Below are positions 59,677 to 64,000 of a DNA stretch of 64,000 nt, piece by piece. Origin of the DNA: Draconibacterium sp. GTDB taxonomy: Bacteria > Bacteroidota > Bacteroidia > Bacteroidales > Prolixibacteraceae. The stretch covers positions 1 to 64,000 of the forward strand of contig JBGSMW010000022.1 of the NCBI GenBank assembly GCA_041739985.1, given 5' to 3'. The position numbers and the translations under genes are program-made. The notes below the pieces were generated by a model, which saw only the letters and a list, made by a program, of their open reading frames with translations, was not told where the DNA came from and did not search any database. The first letter of the stretch is position 1. Every line of letters starts with the position of its first letter.

Positions 59677-60093
59677 CTAATCCCACAAATCAGAATGATG
59701 ATGATCCATTTGAAATGTGCGTTTGTGGCAATTGGGACAAATCGCTTTCTTCAACCTATGGATATTTGTGAGTTTTAATCGCGCACGACATTCGCTGCAA
59801 CGAAATTCACTTTTATGCACCACCTCACCATCTTTAAAAACAGTCACTTCGGTTTTGTCTTGTAAAATTTTACATTTCGGACACTTGTAAATCTGAAATC
59901 CCGCTTTTAAAAAAAGATTGTTGTTTTCTTTTGCAAGATTTTCAAGGGCATTTTGTGTTTTGTAATGAAACAACATTTTACTCTGTTTCAAATACTCGCT
60001 CAAAGGTTGCGAATGAACCTTAAAACCATGGCCCTGGTTAAACTGTTCTTCATAACCACAGTGTCCGCATCGGTATTGATAAGCATGTCCCAT
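59677..60093 (-). CDS. zinc-ribbon protein with four CxxC pairs (hypothetical)
   Basis: 138 aa with CGHC, CPKC, CSEC, CPNC, so two Cys4 zinc knuckles. It starts ~45 nt from the IS end. Confidence 0.45.
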   Translation of the reverse strand: MGHAYQYRCGHCGYEEQFNQGHGFKVHSQPLSEYLKQSKMLFHYKTQNALENLAKENNNLFLKAGFQIYKCPKCKILQDKTEVTVFKDGEVVHKSEFRCSECRARLKLTNIHRLKKAICPNCHKRTFQMDHHHSDLWD

Positions 60094-60135
60094 AATTCAA
60101 CGAGTTGGCTTAAAGTTAGTTAAAAAGATTTAAAA

Positions 60136-61450
60136 CAGATACAGTGTCACTACTGTCCACTTAAAATAAATTGAGGGACAGTTGTTTATAATTTAGTTCT
60201 TTGACATTGTTGTTATTTATTTTGCTAAAGAGTTCTTTTACAGGAGTTTTATCAAGCAACGATATTCCAAGGATTGTTAAAATTTCATAGGTTGAACGTT
60301 CCAGTTTCATATCATGGCCAATTATAGCTACCATGCAATAAGCAATTATTGCTGAGTAAATTTGGACACGAACAGCATTTTCAGTGGTTCCCCAAAACGA
60401 TTTTATCTTTAAATGTTGTTTGATCCATTTAAAGAAAAGCTCAATCTGCCAGCGGTTTTTATAGAGTAAAGCAATTTGCTCGGGTGAAAGCTCGAAGTTG
60501 TTGGTAAGGAAAACAAAAGTCCTGTCCATTTCGATATCGTAAAAAAAGACTCTTCTCATTTTTTCCGGGTATTGCTTTGATACATAGAACCCTGTTAGAA
60601 AACCTATCTGGTCACACATAACGCCAGTGCTTGCATTGACATCTTTATATTCGGAGCAATCAAATTGCATGTTTTTTTTAGCTCTGATTACAAAGTATGA
60701 ACCGAGTCCGGTGATTCTGTAAAGTCGTTCATAGTCGATGTATCCACGGTCGAAGATATAATAAGCACCACTTTCGTATTGTATCAAATCCATCGCCATC
60801 ACATCATGTACCTTTGCTTCCGTAATATGCACAAATGCAGGTATTTGAGTAATGATGTCGTACAGCGTATGTAATTTGATTCCTGCTTTGGTTTTGCGAA
60901 AATTTGCCCACCAAAACACACTGAGACAAAGATCTATGGTGGTTGAATCGAAAGCATAAACCTTACCTTTCACCTCAAAATCATCGTTTAAAAGTTTCTT
61001 TCTTGCAATGCCAATAAGATAGTATGCAAATTCTTCGAAAATACGATAGTCACGCGATTCATTTGCCTTAGCCAGATTACTCCGGGTGACACTTTTCCCA
61101 AAACCAAGATGGTAACTTTTTAAATGGTGTGCATCTAATGAAACAATCAAATCTCTTAGGCTATCACGGTTTGAAAGTTGACCAAAAATCATTACCAGGA
61201 GTTGGTTCCAACAAGTAAAATGCTTGACATATTTGTTCCCATTGTACTTTTCAACTATCCCATCGAAAACTCTTCCTGGAAGAAACTCAGTAAGCTGTGC
61301 AAAAACGTATTTGCCTTGATTCATGACTTTGTGTTAATAAAGACGCAAACCTATTCAATCAAATCGTCACGCACTAAAAAGGCTTTTAACTAATAGATAA
61401 TCAATATTTTCAAAGAACAATTTTTATTTTTTAATGGACACTAATGATCG
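60136..61450 (-). mobile_element. IS4-family insertion sequence
   Basis: The transposase ORF is flanked by imperfect terminal inverted repeats: left 'ctgtccacttaaaataaattg' (~60152-60172), right reverse complement 'gtgtccattaaaaaataaaaattg' (~61417-61440). Exact ends are uncertain by +-15 bp and no clear target-site duplication was found. Confidence 0.6.
60161..61324 (-). CDS. IS4-family DDE transposase
   Basis: 387 aa with the C-terminal 'YKNRWQIELFFKWIKQHLKIK' (Y..RW.IE..FK..K) signature of IS4/IS5-type transposases. Confidence 0.8.
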   Translation of the reverse strand: MNQGKYVFAQLTEFLPGRVFDGIVEKYNGNKYVKHFTCWNQLLVMIFGQLSNRDSLRDLIVSLDAHHLKSYHLGFGKSVTRSNLAKANESRDYRIFEEFAYYLIGIARKKLLNDDFEVKGKVYAFDSTTIDLCLSVFWWANFRKTKAGIKLHTLYDIITQIPAFVHITEAKVHDVMAMDLIQYESGAYYIFDRGYIDYERLYRITGLGSYFVIRAKKNMQFDCSEYKDVNASTGVMCDQIGFLTGFYVSKQYPEKMRRVFFYDIEMDRTFVFLTNNFELSPEQIALLYKNRWQIELFFKWIKQHLKIKSFWGTTENAVRVQIYSAIIAYCMVAIIGHDMKLERSTYEILTILGISLLDKTPVKELFSKINNNNVKELNYKQLSLNLF

Positions 61451-61532
61451 CACATATATACTTAACTGCCCAAACCTTCGTTACTGTAATAGTCATTAAA
61501 AAAAATAATTTACTTTTACCTCCCGAAATTTT

Positions 61533-63527
61533 ATGGGTATGAATGTTAGGGTTACTTTATTTCTATTGTTGATAATTATTCTAAGTGGTTGCGGATCGGC
61601 AAAATATGGTCGTGATGCTTTGCTGTCGAAAGATATTGGCGAATATTACAGGGCAATTGAAAAACTCAGAAAAGCTACAAAAAAGGAAAAAGACCGCGAC
61701 AAAAGGAAACTTTACGCATTTGAAACTGCTGAATGTTACCGTTACATTGGCGATTATGAAAGAGCCGAATTATATTACAAAAACGCCATTCGCCGCGGTT
61801 ATAAAGACAATATAGCGCTTTTGCACCATGCCGATATGTTGCGTGCAACCCAACAATACGAAGAATCAATTGAAACTTACAGAACATATCTCGATTCGGT
61901 ACCAGGGGACGAACGGGCCCTGGCAGGTTTGGAATCAATTCGTAAAACCCAGGAATGGGTAGCAAATCCAACCCGCCATATTGTTAACCCAATAAAAGAA
62001 ATCAACTCAATCCAAAGCGATTATTCACCGGTATTTGTGGCAGGACGCGATAATGAAATCATCTTTACTTCATCCAGAAAAGGTGTTACAGGAAAAAGAA
62101 AAAGCGGGATTACCGGACAAGGACATACTGATCTGTTCAGGAGTACTTTTGGAGTTCAAAAACAAAAATGGGAAAAACCAAAATTGCTCGATGAAGATTT
62201 AATCTTAAATACAGAAGATGAAGAGGGTGCAGTTACAATCTCTTCAACCGGCGAACAAATGATTTTTACACGTTGCCGCTACGATAAAAACCAGCCGTTG
62301 GGAGCTGAACTTTATTCCATCTCCCAATCCCGCGGATCTTTCTCTGAACCTATTAAAGTTCAGGTTGTTGGCGACAGCATTATTGCAGCACACCCTGCCT
62401 ACAACGAAACTGAAACCATGCTTTATTTTGTGTCAGATATGGAAGGTGGGTTTGGTGGAAAGGACATTTGGGTAGCTGAAAAAAATGGCGGCACTTTTTC
62501 AACACCAGTCAATCTGGGCGAAAAAATAAATACTCCCGGTGATGAAATGTTTCCCTTTGTACGAGATAATGGAGAACTTTATTTTGCTTCCAATTTTCTG
62601 CCCGGAATGGGCGGTTTTGATATTTTTACTGCCAGCAAAGACGAAGAAGGCAACTGGAAAGTTGAAAATATGGGCTCTCCGGTAAACTCTCCTTCCGATG
62701 ATTTTGGAATCGCTTATGTTAAAGGTGAAGATAAAGGAATGTTTACAAGCAGTCGAAAAGGTTCTCGTGGTGATGATATTTATTCATTTTTGGTTCCACC
62801 AAAGATTTACCAGGTTGAAGGAAATGTTTTTGATAAAGAGAACAACAGCAGAATTGACGGAGCAACTGTACGCGTTATCGGCACCGATGGAACAAACATG
62901 AAAATTCGCACCGAAAACGGCAAGTTTAAAATGAAACTCAAGCCTGAAACCGAATATGTATTTGCAGCTTTTAAAGATGGGTACCTCCGGGACAAAGCCA
63001 TGGCAAATACAATTGGACTGGCAGACAGCAAAGATTTTGAATTCGATTTGATTCTTACACCGACCGACTCACCAATTAAAGTTGACAATATAAATTACGA
63101 ATTTGCAAGTTTTGAGTTGAAACCGGAATCAAAAATTGCGCTCGATACAGTTTACACAGTGTTGGTTTTCAATCCAACCATTACCATCGAATTGATGGCG
63201 CACACCGATTATGTGGGCAGCGACCAGGCAAACTTTGAGCTTTCACAGAAACGCGCGCAGAGTGTTGTTGACTATTTAATCGAAAAAGGTATCAGTCCGC
63301 AAAGGCTTGTGGCCAAAGGCTATGGCGAAACCTGGCCCAAAGTAGTTACCCGCGAAATTGCAAAACAATACGATTTTCTGAAAAGAAACGACGAGTTAAC
63401 AGAAGCATTTATACTGAAATTACCAAAAGAGCAACAGGACATTTGTAACGCAATAAACCGCCGCACCGAATTCAGGGTACTTTCAACAGATTTTATAGAG
63501 AAGTTTGACGCTGAGCCTGAAAAATAA
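61533..63527 (+). CDS. PorE-like T9SS-associated OmpA-family lipoprotein (TPR + beta-propeller + CarbopepD_reg-like + OmpA_C)
   Basis: 664 aa. Lipoprotein signal '...IILSGCGS'. TPR-like helices. TolB-like propeller repeats. 'VEGNVFDKENNSRIDGATVRVIG' region. OmpA_C 'TDYVGSDQANFELSQKRAQSVVDYL'. The domain order and size match my recollection of P. gingivalis PorE. Confidence 0.5.
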   Translation: MGMNVRVTLFLLLIIILSGCGSAKYGRDALLSKDIGEYYRAIEKLRKATKKEKDRDKRKLYAFETAECYRYIGDYERAELYYKNAIRRGYKDNIALLHHADMLRATQQYEESIETYRTYLDSVPGDERALAGLESIRKTQEWVANPTRHIVNPIKEINSIQSDYSPVFVAGRDNEIIFTSSRKGVTGKRKSGITGQGHTDLFRSTFGVQKQKWEKPKLLDEDLILNTEDEEGAVTISSTGEQMIFTRCRYDKNQPLGAELYSISQSRGSFSEPIKVQVVGDSIIAAHPAYNETETMLYFVSDMEGGFGGKDIWVAEKNGGTFSTPVNLGEKINTPGDEMFPFVRDNGELYFASNFLPGMGGFDIFTASKDEEGNWKVENMGSPVNSPSDDFGIAYVKGEDKGMFTSSRKGSRGDDIYSFLVPPKIYQVEGNVFDKENNSRIDGATVRVIGTDGTNMKIRTENGKFKMKLKPETEYVFAAFKDGYLRDKAMANTIGLADSKDFEFDLILTPTDSPIKVDNINYEFASFELKPESKIALDTVYTVLVFNPTITIELMAHTDYVGSDQANFELSQKRAQSVVDYLIEKGISPQRLVAKGYGETWPKVVTREIAKQYDFLKRNDELTEAFILKLPKEQQDICNAINRRTEFRVLSTDFIEKFDAEPEK

Positions 63528-63869
63528 AAAAGATAATTAAAAGTCATTACTTAAAAAAAAATTCGTTTCAAATCACATTCCAACTAAACTTATAACGTTT
63601 GATTTGGGTGGGTCTGCCTTTTAATTGTGCCAATTAATATGTTAAAAATCACTGAAATAGCTGCATTAGTTCTACTTATATAAATATCATAGTAAATAGA
63701 TTCAAATCTGGAATTTAATATTTTAAGTTTTTTTAAGATTGTTATAAAACATACATGGTTAACAATCAGATAACTTTATATCATATATATTTTTAAAATA
63801 GTTTTTTATTTTAGCCTTTTTAAAATTTGAAATAATTTATATCAAACCAAAATCAAAACCATTACCAAT

Positions 63870-64000
63870 ATGGAAAACAAGCTTCAGGAACTAACCCAAA
63901 AACTATATACTACCGGAATTGAAAAAGCACAAAAAGAGGCTGAAATTATTATTGCCGAAGCACAAAAAAAAGCAGATGAAATTATTTTAAATGCCAATAA
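63870..64000 (+). CDS. 5' fragment of a gene (possibly V-type ATPase subunit E-like); truncated by the window end
   Basis: MENKLQELTQKLYTTGIEKAQKEAEIIIAEAQKKADEIILNAN, a charged coiled-coil start. Identification is very tentative. Confidence 0.25.
   Translation, partial: MENKLQELTQKLYTTGIEKAQKEAEIIIAEAQKKADEIILNAN

Overview
This 64-kb window looks like an AT-rich (~37-38% GC) chromosomal segment from a Bacteroidota bacterium. The evidence for that is T9SS C-terminal sorting domains, a PorE-like lipoprotein, a TonB-dependent receptor and a BlaI/BlaR1-TonB pair. The largest coherent system is a complete alternative complex III operon (actABCDEF, 14.9-22.8 kb), followed immediately by a YqiJ/NfeD-like gene and a flotillin gene. 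Other content: two adjacent large T9SS cargo genes that share a ~1.4-kb C-terminal module, one of which carries an internal 3x265-bp tandem coding repeat. Housekeeping genes are rlmN, mfd, cysK, gpmI, prfA, pyrF, an amidase, an AMP-dependent ligase, two sulfatases with a GntP permease, and a LytS/LytTR two-component pair. There are three separate HepT/MNT toxin-antitoxin pairs, one IS4-family insertion sequence, and a 4xCxxC zinc-ribbon ORF beside that IS. No rRNA, tRNA or CRISPR array was seen. The least-explained signals are two families of short structured intergenic repeats. The first is a GC-rich MITE-like element with C-rich/G-rich hairpins and compensatory arm changes, which fills the gpmI-DUF3109 and prfA-pyrF spacers and has a solo end after an ABC ATPase gene. 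The second is a palindromic GGGAC-ATG-GACTT...AAGTCC motif in the 5' leaders of three minus-strand genes; two copies directly bracket a ~4-kb HepT/MNT + TonB-receptor + lipoprotein block. All calls rest on reading the sequence and ORF translations and on remembered family signatures. No database searches were run.
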